Of a stretch of 64,000 nt of DNA, positions 30,253 through 41,140 are shown piece by piece. This DNA comes from an uncultured Verrucomicrobiae bacterium (GTDB lineage: Bacteria; Verrucomicrobiota; Verrucomicrobiia; Chthoniobacterales; UBA10450), in assembly GCA_963726745.1 (NCBI GenBank), contig CAVSDR010000006.1, positions 960,001-1,024,000 of the forward strand, given 5' to 3'. Position 1 is the stretch's first letter. Each line of letters begins with the position of its first letter. A program made the translations under genes and the position numbers. Below the pieces are notes generated by a model. The model searched no databases and was not told where the DNA came from. It was given only the letters and a program-made list of their open reading frames with translations.

Positions 30253-33200
30253 GTGGTTCCGAAGAAAGCAGAAAAACCCTGCGTCACCGCGCCCGCGGAA
30301 CGCGGCTGCGTGGAGATTCGCGGAGCGCGGCAGAATAATCTCAAGGGGATCGATCTCGACCTGCCGCTGGGGGAATTAACCGTCATCACCGGCCCGAGCG
30401 GGAGCGGCAAATCCAGCCTCGCCTTCGACACCATCTACGCGGAAGGCCAGCGGCGTTACGTCGAGACCTTCTCGCCTTACATGCGGCAGTTCCTCGACCG
30501 GATGGACAAGCCGCGCGTCGACGAAATCCGCGGCATCCCGCCGGCGATCGCGATCGAGCAGGCGAATCCGGTGAAGTCGTCGCGCTCGACCGTCGGCACG
30601 ATGACCGAGATCAACGATTACCTGAAGCTCCTCTGGCCGCGCGTGGCGCACGCATTTTGTCCGAATTGCGCGCGCGAGATCCGGCCCGAGACCGCGCAGT
30701 CGATCGCCGCGGAAATCCTCCGCGACCACGCCGGCACCAATGTGCTGCTTACTTTCTGGGTCACGGTTCCGCCGAAGACTGAGCCGCGCGATTTCTTCCA
30801 ATTTATCCAGGCCCAGGGCTACCTGCGCGTCTGGCTGAACGGCGCGATCGTGCGCGCCGATACCGAGGAAAAAATCCCGCGGCTCGGCGGCCGGGTGCAG
30901 GTCATCCAGGACCGGATCAAGGTCAGCGACGAGAACCGCGCGCGCCTGACCGAGGCGCTCGAGACCGCGCTCCGCTTCGGCAAAGACCGGATCAACGTGA
31001 TCCCGGAAACCGAAGGCGGGAAGGCGGAGAGCCCGGCTGTGCCCTACTCCACCGGCTGGCATTGCGCGCATTGCGATCTCGACATCCGCCCGCCCACGCC
31101 CGGGCTTTTCAGTTTCAACAGCCCGTTAGGCGCCTGCCCGGAATGCCGCGGCTTCGGACGCACGATCGCGATCGATTACCAGCGCGCGATTCCCGATCGC
31201 TCGCTCTCGATCGCGCAGGGCGCGGTCCGGGTATTCCGCGGCGAAGAGATGGGCGAATCGCAGAAAGATTTGCTCCGGGCCTGCGCGCGGGAGGAGATCG
31301 ATCCGCATCTGCCCTTCGAGGAATTGCCGAAGGCCGACCAGGAGTTCGTGCTCAACGGCGAGCGCAAGAACGGCGAATACACCGAGGACGATTACGCGAG
31401 CGACCGCTGGTATGGAGTGAAGGGTTTCTTCAAGTGGCTCGAGAGCAAAACCTACAAGATGCACGTGCGCGTGCTTCTCAGTCGCTACCGCGCTTACACC
31501 ACCTGCCCGAGCTGCAACGGCGGCCGCTTCCAGCCGGAGGCGCTCAACTACCGCATCCTCACCGAAGCGTCGCCGGCGACGACCAACGGCTCCCAACGCC
31601 CGGCGCGACCGACGCAATTGACCCTCCCCGACCTGGCCGCGCTCCCGGTGCACCGCGCGCGCGCTTTGCTCGCGGAGCTGAAGTTGCCGCCTAACGACTC
31701 CACCGCCGCGATGCTCGCGCGCGAAGTCTCGACGCGGCTGAATTACCTTTGCGAAGTCGGCCTGGGCTACCTCACGCTCGACCGCTCCACGCGCACGCTC
31801 AGCGGCGGCGAAGTGCAACGGGTCAACCTCACCACCTGCCTCGGCGCCTCGCTCGTGAACACGCTTTTCGTGATGGACGAGCCGAGCGTCGGCCTGCATC
31901 CGCGCGATGTCAGCCGCCTCATCCGCGTGATGCACGACCTGCGCGACAAAGGGAACACGCTCCTCGTGGTCGAGCACGAGGAAGCGGTCATCCGCACCGC
32001 CGATCACCTGGTCGACATCGGCCCGGATCGCGGCGAACGCGGCGGCGAACTGGTCTTCGAGGGCACGCTCGAGCAGATGCTCGCCGCCCGTGGTTCGCGG
32101 TCGCTCACCCGCGATTATCTCACCGGCGAAAAGCGCATCCCGGTCCCGAAGTCGCGCCGCAAATCGGCTTCCGTGCTCAAGATCACGGGCGCGCGCGAGC
32201 ACAACCTCCGGAAAATAGACGTCGAGATTCCGCTCGGCGTTTTCACCTGCGTCACCGGCGTCTCCGGTTCCGGAAAGTCGACCCTGATTCACGACGTCCT
32301 TTATCGCCACCTGCTCCAGGCGAAAGGCCAGGCGACCGAACAGGAACCCGGCGCCTGCAAGTCGGTCAGCGGCGCACACCGCATCGGCGACGTCGATCAT
32401 GGTCGATCAGTCGCAACTCGCGCGCACTCCGCGTTCGACGCCGATTCTTTACCTCGGCCTCTACGATCGCGTGCGCGAACTCTTCGCCGCGCTTCCCGAG
32501 GCGCAGGCCCAGGGGCTGACCGCGAGCGCCTTCTCCTTCAACTCCGGCAGCGGCCGTTGCGAGCGTTGCTCCGGGACCGGCTTCGAGAAGATCGAGATGC
32601 AATTCCTGAGCGATCTCTTCGTCCGCTGCGCCGAGTGCGAAGGGACGCGTTTCCAGCCGCACATCCTCCGGGTGAAGCTCCACGGGCAATCGATCCACGA
32701 CGTCCTGCAGATGACTGTGCGCGAGGCGATCGCCTTCTTCGCCCAGATCGGCGAGTCGGAGAAATTAGGCGACAAGATGGACGTGCTCGATGAGGTCGGG
32801 CTCGGTTACATCCGGCTCGGCCAGCCGTTGAACACCCTCAGCGGCGGCGAATCACAGCGGCTCAAGCTGGTCGCGCACCTCGGCGAAACCGGAGACGCGA
32901 AGGCGGAAACCGGGAAGCTCTTCATCTTCGACGAGCCAACCGTCGGGCTGCATTTCGACGATGTCGCCCTGCTCGTCAGGGTGTTCCAGCGCCTGGTCGC
33001 CGCCGGGCATTCGATCGTCGTGATCGAGCACAATCTCGAGGTGATCAAATGCGCCGATTGGGTGATCGACATCGGCCCGGAAGCGGGCGACGACGGCGGC
33101 TTGATCGTGGCCGCGGGCACTCCAGAGAATGTCGCCAAAGTCGAAGCGAGCCACACCGGCCGTTATCTCCGCACGGTTCTGCCGGGCGCCGCTGATGGGG

Positions 33201-35923
33201 CGCGCGGCAAACGAAACGGCGCCGCCCAGGTTCCGGCGGCTCCGCTGCGCTACGCGCAAGATGAAGAGGAGAGCTTCCTCCGCGTGGCCGAGGAACCGAC
33301 GGGCAACGGCCGGCCGAATGCGCACGCCATCCAGATTCACGGCGCCCGCGAGCATAACCTGAAGAACATCTCGTTAGGCATCCCGCGCGATCAGATGGTC
33401 ATCATCACCGGGTTGAGCGGCTCGGGAAAATCGACGCTCGCCTTCGATATCCTTTTCGCCGAAGGCCAGCGCCGTTTTCTCGACAGCATGTCGCCCTACG
33501 CGCGGCAGTTCGTCGAGCAGATGGAAAAGCCGGATGTCGACCTGGTGGAAGGTCTTCCGCCGAGCGTCGCGATCGAGCAGCGGGTCACGCGCGGCGGCGG
33601 CAAATCCACCGTGGCCACGGTCACCGAGGTTTACCATTTTCTCCGGCTGCTCTTTGCCAAGACCGGCACGCAGTTTTGCCCGGATTGCGATCTCCCGGTG
33701 GAGAAGCAGAGCCTGGCCGCGATCGTGAAACAGGTGGAGGCCGCGGCCAAACGCGGCCCGCTCAAGGTGCTCGCGCCGCTGGTGAAAGCGCGCAAAGGCT
33801 TCCACACCGACGTCGCCCGCTGGGCCGAGCGCCAGGGCTTCGATACGCTCTTCGTCGACGGCCAGCTCCTGCCGATCGCGCAGTTCCGCAAGCTCGAGCG
33901 CTTCAAGGAACACACGATCGACGTGGTCGTGGGCGTGATCGACGCCAAGCGCATCCTGAAAGCGCGCAACCTGGTGCAGCGTGCGCTCGACATCGGCCGC
34001 GGCACGGCCCACCTGCTCGATGCGCAGCAGCGCGTCTCGGTCATGAGCACGGAGATGAGTTGCCCGGGTTGCGGGCGCGCTTTCGAGGAACTCGACCCGC
34101 GCCTCTTCTCGTTCAATTCGCCCCACGGCGCCTGCGCGGAATGCGGCGGTTTTGGCGAGATCTGGAAACGCCCGAGCGCGGACGACAATGGCGACTCCGT
34201 GCTGGAAAACGAACTCGCGGCCGACCGCGAGTTTGAAGGGCTCGACGAGGAGGAAGCGCACGAGTGCCCGGCCTGCCACGGCTCGCGCCTGAACCCGATC
34301 GCGCGCCACGTCCGCGTGCAGGGCCAGACGATCGACCACTTCACCGCGCTCTCCGCGATCGAGTCGCTCAACTTGCTGGGTAAACTTCGTTTCCGCGGCA
34401 ACCAAAAGGTAATCGCGGCCGACCTTGTCCCGGAGATTAGACAGCGCCTTGAATTCATGGAGAACGTCGGCCTGGGCTACCTCTCGTTAGGCCGCTCGGC
34501 CAAGACGCTCAGCGGCGGCGAGTCGCAGCGCATCCGTTTGGCCGCGCAGCTCGGCTCCAACCTGCGCGGCGTTCTTTACGTGCTCGACGAGCCGACCATC
34601 GGCCTGCATCCGCGCGACAATGTCCGCCTGCTCGAGACGCTGACCGCTTTGCGCGAGAAAGGGAACTCGCTCGTGATCGTGGAGCACGATGAGGAAACGA
34701 TGCGCCGGGCGGATCACATCATCGATCTCGGACCAGGCGCGGGCATGCATGGCGGGGAGATCGTGGTCCAGGGGACGCTCGCGGAGATCAAGGCGCACCA
34801 GGGTTCCGAGACCGGCCGCTGCCTGCGCGCGCCGCTCTCGCATCCGACGCGGAAAGAGCGCCGTTCGTTAGGCGAGGTCGAGCATTGGATCGAAATCCGC
34901 GGCGCGACCGCGCACAATCTGAAGAACGTCGACGCGCGCTTTCCGGTGAACCGGCTCTCGGTCATCACCGGAATTTCCGGCAGCGGCAAGTCGACCCTGA
35001 TGCGCTCGGTCCTTTTGCCGGCGATTCGCGATGGCTTGAAGAAGGGCAAGAGCGGCAAGGGCGAGCTCTTCAGCACCGTCCAGGGCGCAGAATTTTTCGA
35101 AACGGTCTACGAAGTCGACCAGTCGCCCATCGGCAAAACCTCGCGCTCCACGCCCGCGACCTACATCAAGGTCTTCGACGAAATCCGGAACCTCTACGCG
35201 CAGCTCCCGGTCTCGCGCGTGCGCGGTTACACGAACACGCGCTTCTCCTTCAACACCGAGGGCGGCCGCTGCGAAACCTGCAAGGGCCAGGGCGTGATCA
35301 AGGTCGAGATGAGCTTCCTCCCGAGCAGCTACCTGCCCTGCGAAGACTGCGGCGGCCGGCGCTACAACGCGCAGACGCTCGAGGTGCTCTACAATGAGAA
35401 GTCGATTGGCGACGTCATGGAGATGACGCTCGAGCAGGCCGCGGAATTTTTTGCGACCAATGTGAAGATCGCGCGCCCGCTCCGGCTCCTGGTCGACACC
35501 GGCCTCGGCTACCTGAAACTCGGCCAGCCCAGCCCGACGCTCAGCGGCGGCGAAGCGCAACGCCTAAAGCTCGTGACCGAGCTCGCGCGCGGCACCGGTC
35601 GCGCGCAAAACGAGCGCATCCGCAAAATGCGCAAGCCGAAGTCGACGCTCTATCTCTTGGAAGAACCAACCATCGGCCTGCACATGGCCGACGTGGAGTT
35701 GCTCCTGAAAGTGCTCCATCGCCTGGTCGACGAAGGCAACACCGTGATCGTGATCGAGCACAACCTGAGCGTGATCGCGGAAGCGGACTACCTCGTCGAC
35801 ATCGGCCCCGAGGCTGGTGCCGATGGCGGCGAGGTGGTCGCGATTGGCACGCCCGAAGAAGTGGCGAAGAATCGCCTGAGCCGCACGGCTCCGTTCCTGC
35901 GCGAAGTCTTGCGCGGCAGTTAG
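30253..35923 (+). CDS. uvrA: tandem-fused (double-length) excinuclease ABC subunit A (apparent frameshift near 32395)
   Basis: Four Walker A motifs ([32 protein letters not shown]), four LSGGE signatures, multiple CxxC fingers; ORFs 30253..32793 and 32399..35923 join at GDV/IMVDQS. Confidence 0.93.
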
Positions 35924-35983
35924 GCGATTCGTCGTTGTGATACTCCCACTCGACGCTCAGGCCTCCGTGCGATAAGAGCAGCC

Positions 35984-36940
35984 GTGGACGCGCTCGCCTA
36001 CTACCTGCATAACCTCGATCCGTTCATCTTTCGCGTCACCGAGACCTTTGGCCCGCGCTGGTATGGAATGGCCTACGTCAGCGCCTTTATCTGCGGCTTT
36101 CTCTTGCTCCGCTGGCTCGCGCAGAAAGGCTACGCCGACCTCGCGGTGTCGCAGGTGGGCGACTTCATTACCTGGGCGGCGTTCTTTGGGGTGATGGTCG
36201 GCGGCCGCCTGGGCTACGTCCTCTTTTACCGGCCGCAGATGTTGCGCGATCCGCTCTCGATCCTGCGCGTCTGGGAAGGCGGAATGGCCTCGCACGGCGG
36301 GATCATCGGGCTGGTTCTCTTCACGCTTTATTACTCGCGGAAGCACGGGCTCTCCTGGACAAATTTAGGCGACAACTTGTGCGTCGTGGCCCCGATCGGT
36401 CTCTTCTTTGGGCGCTGCGCGAATTTCATCAACGGCGAGCTCTACGGTCGCTTCGCCTCGGTGCCGTGGGCGGTGCAATTCCCGAAAGAACTGCTCGATG
36501 GCGAGAACCCGGCCCTGACCGAGCAAGCCGTCGCCCTGGCCCACCAGATCAATCCGCTGGCTAATTCTCCGGACGCCGTGGTGGCACTGGCGCACACCGA
36601 TCCACGGATCCACGAGATGCTGCGCAGCATTCTCCCGCCGCGGCATCCTTCGCAAATCTACGAGGGTCTGGTCGAGGGCGTCCTGCTTTTCCTCATTCTC
36701 TGGATCGTGCGCACGCGTTTCCGCACCCCGAACGGCGTCATCACCGGGCTCTTCCTCGCGCTCTACGCTGTCGGGCGGATCATTGTGGAAAACTTCCGTG
36801 AACCGGACGCGTCGCTCATCGGGCCGTTCACTCGCGGACAATTTTTCTCCTTCTTCCTCGTGGTGCTCGGGATCGCTTTCATCGTCGTGGCCAAGTTGCG
36901 GCCGCATTATCCGCGGAAGCGCGCAGCGACCGCTGCGTAA
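35984..36940 (+). CDS. lgt: prolipoprotein diacylglyceryl transferase
   Basis: RWYG, GGRLGYVLFY, WEGGMASHGG, GRCANFINGELYGR, HPSQIYE, FREPD. Confidence 0.96.
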   Translation: MDALAYYLHNLDPFIFRVTETFGPRWYGMAYVSAFICGFLLLRWLAQKGYADLAVSQVGDFITWAAFFGVMVGGRLGYVLFYRPQMLRDPLSILRVWEGGMASHGGIIGLVLFTLYYSRKHGLSWTNLGDNLCVVAPIGLFFGRCANFINGELYGRFASVPWAVQFPKELLDGENPALTEQAVALAHQINPLANSPDAVVALAHTDPRIHEMLRSILPPRHPSQIYEGLVEGVLLFLILWIVRTRFRTPNGVITGLFLALYAVGRIIVENFREPDASLIGPFTRGQFFSFFLVVLGIAFIVVAKLRPHYPRKRAATAA

Positions 36941-37009
36941 TACTTCCGGCCGCGTCCCGGGCGATCCGCGCTTTCCCCGGCGCCGGACTTCCGCTATTGA
37001 TCGCTCAAC

Positions 37010-37774
37010 TTGGCGCCCGTGATTCTTCTGCCGCTTCTCGCCGCCGGCGGTCTGCCGTTTGCCCTCGAGCACGCGACCCTTGCCGGCAAGATCATCATCG
37101 CCTTCCTCCTCGTCGGCTCGATCTTCAGCTGGTCGGTCATGCTCACGAAACTGCGCGTGGTGCGCTTCGCGCGAAAACAGACCGCACGCTTCCGCGCCGC
37201 CTTCCGCCAGGATCGCCAGCCGCTGCGCCTCTTCGAGCATCACGCGCATTTTCCCGGCTCGCCCCTCTACCAGGTCTACCGCGCCGGCTGCGAGGAGATG
37301 AGCTTCCACTTGTTAGGCAGCGCCGAAGTGGACGAGACTTTCCGCGCCCGCCTGGAAATAGCCGACAAGATCTCGCCTGCGCAGATGGGCGCGGTCAATG
37401 CCGCGATGGAACGCGCCGTCGGCGAGACCGCGCTCGGCCTGGAGTCGCAAATGATCCTGCTCGCGACCGCGGTCAGCGGCTCGCCCTTCCTCGGCCTGCT
37501 CGGGACTGTTTGGGGCGTGATGGACACCTTCACCGACGTGGCCGTGGCCGGCTCGCCCAACATCGCCACGATGGCGCCTGGCGTCTCCGGGGCGCTCATC
37601 ACCACGGTCATGTCACTCTGCGTCGCCATTCCCGCGATGTTCGGCTACAACTTTCTCGTCACCAGCATCCGCAGCCTCGTGGTGGAGATGGATAACTTCG
37701 CCGCGGAGCTGGGCTCGGAGTTCGAGCACAAATACGTCGATCACAGCCCGCAGGCGGGAGCGTTTCGGCGATGA
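37010..37774 (+). CDS. MotA/TolQ/ExbB proton channel family protein
   Basis: PFLGLLGTVWGVM, APGVSGALITT, VAIPA..GYN. Confidence 0.93.
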   Translation: MAPVILLPLLAAGGLPFALEHATLAGKIIIAFLLVGSIFSWSVMLTKLRVVRFARKQTARFRAAFRQDRQPLRLFEHHAHFPGSPLYQVYRAGCEEMSFHLLGSAEVDETFRARLEIADKISPAQMGAVNAAMERAVGETALGLESQMILLATAVSGSPFLGLLGTVWGVMDTFTDVAVAGSPNIATMAPGVSGALITTVMSLCVAIPAMFGYNFLVTSIRSLVVEMDNFAAELGSEFEHKYVDHSPQAGAFRR

Positions 37775-37803
37775 GCCCGATCGCGGCGGAAGCCTAACGA
37801 CCG

Positions 37804-38229
37804 ATGCGCCGCTACTCCCAACGCACCACCCTCTCGACTCTCTCCGAGATCAACGTCACGCCGTTGCTCGATCTCGCGTTCGTCCTCCTGATTATCTTCA
37901 TCATCACCACGCCACTCCTGGAGAATAGCCTCACGCTCTCCGTGCCCACGAGCGGCGCGGCCAAGGCGGCGATCGATCCCGCGAAAGTGCAGACGGTTTC
38001 GATCGACCGCGACGAGACGCTCCACTTCAACGAGGAAACGGTCAGCACCGAGATCTTGAGCGAGCGACTCGCGACCTTGAAGCAGGAGAACCCGGACGCC
38101 GCCGTCGTCGTCCGCCCCGATCGCACCTTGCCGGTGCAGAAACTCGTCCAGGTGATGGATCTCCTCCAGCGCGCGCAGATCACCAAAGTCGGCCTGGCCA
38201 CGACCGCGGAACCGCCGCCGGCGCCATGA
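37804..38229 (+). CDS. ExbD/TolR family protein
   Basis: EINVTPLLDLAFVLLIIFII. Confidence 0.93.
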   Translation: MRRYSQRTTLSTLSEINVTPLLDLAFVLLIIFIITTPLLENSLTLSVPTSGAAKAAIDPAKVQTVSIDRDETLHFNEETVSTEILSERLATLKQENPDAAVVVRPDRTLPVQKLVQVMDLLQRAQITKVGLATTAEPPPAP

Positions 38230-39074
38230 CCCCGCGGCGGAGCTTCTGGCGCAACGTCGGCGTCATCGGCGCGCTCCACCTTGTCGTCCTGTTCGCGCTC
38301 TACCGCTGGGGCGCTGAGCGGACCACGAAGCCGCTCCGCACGGACATCCTTTGGATGTCGAGCGCGACCGCTGCGAGCACCGAGAGCCTGCCGCCGGCGA
38401 CCGAATCGCCGACCCTCCCGGCTGAGACTCCGCCGCCGGCGGAAACTCCCGCGCCGACGCCGCCGCCGGAACCCGAGCCAAGCGCGACCCCGGACCTTGT
38501 CGTGCCCTCGCCCACCGCCACGCCGCCGCCGTCACCCACGCCCAAAGCGACCGCCACGCCCAAGCCGAAGAAAGCCAAGCGCAACCTGCCCGAGCCGACT
38601 CCGCGCAAAAAACAGCCAGCAAAATCCAAACCGAAAGCCACGCCCGCGAAGCCGAAGAAAACCGCCCAGCCTAACGAGCGCAAGACCACCTCGGCGAAGG
38701 TCAAGATTTCCGAGACCAGGACCGGCCGCGCCGCGGCCGGGGCCGGCGAAAGTGGCAACAGCAGCGGCGGCGGCGATCCTTCCCGCTTCAACTGGTATGG
38801 CAACATGCTCCACGACCGTTTCTTTGGCGCCTGGACGCAGCCCAAGACCGCCGAGGCCACCGGCAGCCGCATGTCCGCGCTTGTCCTCCTGCGGATCGAA
38901 GCCGACGGCCGCGTTTCGAAGTTCGAGATCGTCCGCTCCTCCGGCAACGTGGTCGTGGACGAGTCGGTCAACGCGGTGGCAAAACGCGTGACCGCGGTCG
39001 ATCCGCTCCCGGCCGGGATGGCACCGCGCGGATTCTACGAAGTGAAAATCAACTTCGAGCTGAACGTGGAATAG
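38226..39074 (+). CDS. TonB/TolA family protein
   Basis: N-terminal TM with His, Pro/Lys-rich linker, TonB-C-like W..P...I..DG.V..SSGN..VD. Confidence 0.88.
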   Translation: MTPRRSFWRNVGVIGALHLVVLFALYRWGAERTTKPLRTDILWMSSATAASTESLPPATESPTLPAETPPPAETPAPTPPPEPEPSATPDLVVPSPTATPPPSPTPKATATPKPKKAKRNLPEPTPRKKQPAKSKPKATPAKPKKTAQPNERKTTSAKVKISETRTGRAAAGAGESGNSSGGGDPSRFNWYGNMLHDRFFGAWTQPKTAEATGSRMSALVLLRIEADGRVSKFEIVRSSGNVVVDESVNAVAKRVTAVDPLPAGMAPRGFYEVKINFELNVE

Positions 39075-40086
39075 CTAAAGGAGTGCGACCGCTTTCCCTT
39101 CGCGTCCCTCCACCTGCTCGAGCGTGCATTGCCGCGGCGCCTTATCTTTCCGCCAGCGAACGATTTTCGTGCCGTGCCGGAATCGCCCCCCGGTGAAATG
39201 GTCGTAGGTCACTTCGACGACGATCTTCGGGTCCACCGGAACCCACTCCGCGCTCCGTTCCGTGCTCCAGCGGCTCGGGCCGCCCGGGGCGTCGCCGGTA
39301 AAGCCGGGCGCCTTCTTGAGTGCTTCAAACTTCTTTGTTAATGCCGGGCGCTCGCTGGCCTTGAAGGCCGAGGAAAATCCGACGTGATGCAAGAGGCCTT
39401 CGTCGTCGTAGAGGCCGAGGAGGAGCGAGCCGAGCTGGTTGCCTTTGCTCGCGTAACGGAAGCCGCCGACCACGCAATCGACCGTGCGAATTTGTTTCAC
39501 TTTCACCATCGCGGTCCGCTCGCCGGAGGCATAGGCCGCGTCGAGTTGCTTTGCGATCACGCCATCGAGATCGCCGCCGACTCGGTCGAACCAGCGCTTG
39601 CGCTTTCTTCAGGTCGGTCGTCGCCGGCGAAAGCCGCAAGTTGCCGGCTAAATTTTTGCCGGCGAATTGCTCCAGCCGCTTCCGGCGCGTCCGCAGAGGC
39701 TCGCCCACGAGCGAGTCTTTCCCTTCGGCGAGCAAGTCGAAGACCACGAACATCGCCGGGTGCGCCGCGGCCAGTTTTTGCACCCGGCTGGCAGCGGGAT
39801 GGAGCCGCAGCTGCAGCTCGTCGAAGGAAAGCGCGCCCTCGATTTCAATCACCAATTCCCCATCGAGGACGAACTTTTTTGCCGGCACTTTCTCGAGCGC
39901 AGCCACGACGTCGGGAAAGTAACGTGCGAGCGGCTGCCCGGCTTTCGATTGCAGATAAACCTCCTTGCCGTCACGAAAGGCGACGCAGCGGAAGCCATCC
40001 CATTTCGGCTCGTATTGCCATTCATTGCCCGTCGGGATTTCGTCGACCGAGCGAGCTTCCATCGGCGGCAGCGGTGGCTGGAGCAT
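39075..40086 (-). CDS. ATP-dependent DNA ligase, LigC-like (apparent frameshift near 39595)
   Basis: YEPKWDGFR (KxDG), VLDGELV, FDLL, then GVIAK...Y..GER..MVKVK, GSLLLGLYD, GGPSRW, RFRHG..RWR.DK. Confidence 0.9.
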
Positions 40087-40688
40087 CAAGAATATCTTCG
40101 CGGCTCGAGCTTCGGCGGGCGTTTCCCTTTTCGCACTGCGCCGAGCACCGGGGCGTAGGTCAGCTCCGTCCGGTCGACCGCGCAGCGCAGGAGCAAGCCG
40201 CCGCGGCTCATGTCGCCGCGCCCCACGAAATCGGCCGGAAAGAGCAGGCGCTCGCCAAATTTTGCCAGCAAGACGTCGACGTATTTGCCGGTGGCGATGC
40301 TGCCTAGCAAGACGATTTCCCGGCGGGCCGGCAACGCGGCCACATCCCGCTCCAGCGGTGCGCGGTAGCGCGGGTCGTCCTCGCTAATGTCGACCTCGCC
40401 AAAGGCCCGCAGCTCCGCGAGCGAGAGCGGGTGATCGGCGCGCAGCAGCCCGCGATTGGGCGTGATCACGAGCACGTTTTCCGGCGGGGCGAAGGCGGAG
40501 GCGTAAGCCAGTTTCCCGCGAAAGTAGAGGCCGCTGAGGAAGGTGAAGACTTCGCCAAGAGTCGGTGGCTGCGGACTGCGCAGGCGCTGCGCGAGGGCGA
40601 ATTGCGCGCGCGCGCTCATGAGCATTTGCGCGCGCTTGCCGCCCGCATAGGCCGGCGAGAGGAGGAAGACGCGGGATTTCCCGGTCAT
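40086..40688 (-). CDS. conserved hypothetical protein
   Basis: FLLSPA..GG.RA, FLSGLYFRGKLAYA, VITPNRGL, VLLGSIATGKY, FVGRGDMSRGGLLLR; overlaps both neighbours. Confidence 0.75.
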   Translation of the reverse strand: MTGKSRVFLLSPAYAGGKRAQMLMSARAQFALAQRLRSPQPPTLGEVFTFLSGLYFRGKLAYASAFAPPENVLVITPNRGLLRADHPLSLAELRAFGEVDISEDDPRYRAPLERDVAALPARREIVLLGSIATGKYVDVLLAKFGERLLFPADFVGRGDMSRGGLLLRCAVDRTELTYAPVLGAVRKGKRPPKLEPRRYS

Positions 40689-41047
40689 GGAGCAGCGGTG
40701 CGGCTGCGGTGCGCTTCCATCTCCGCAAGGTGCGCCTCGGTCCAGCGGCAGAGGGTTTGCAGCGGCCCGAGAAGCGAGCGGCCGAGCGGCGTGAGGGTGT
40801 ATTCCACTTTCGGCACGGCTTGCGGGTAGACCTTTCGCCGCACCAGCCCGTCGCGCTCGAGACTGCGCAGGGTTTGCGTGAGGACTTTTTGCGAGATGTC
40901 GCCGATCTCCCGCTGGAGCGCGCCGTAACGGTAGGTCCCGCCGGCCAGCACCTGGATAATAATAGCCGTCCACTTGTCCGCGATCCGGTCGAGGACCAGG
41001 CGCGAGGGACAGCCGGCGCTCAGGACCGAGTAGCTGCTTTTCCCCAT
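40685..41047 (-). CDS. HxlR family winged-helix transcriptional regulator
   Basis: CPSR.VLD.IADKW, ISQKVLTQTLR.LERDGLV.R, PKVEYTLT.LG. Confidence 0.92.
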   Translation of the reverse strand: MGKSSYSVLSAGCPSRLVLDRIADKWTAIIIQVLAGGTYRYGALQREIGDISQKVLTQTLRSLERDGLVRRKVYPQAVPKVEYTLTPLGRSLLGPLQTLCRWTEAHLAEMEAHRSRTAAP

Positions 41048-41140
41048 CTGCCTCTCTAGGACGGATCGCCTCCAGCGCAAGCCCGCGCCGGCCCCTGCGC
41101 GCTTGTCTTTTTCGCGGGTTGATCGGACCTTTTCCTTGCA

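Noticed and set aside
38380..38700. Pro/Thr/Lys-rich repeats in the TonB/TolA-like gene
   Set aside because: Ordinary periplasm-spanning linker for this family.
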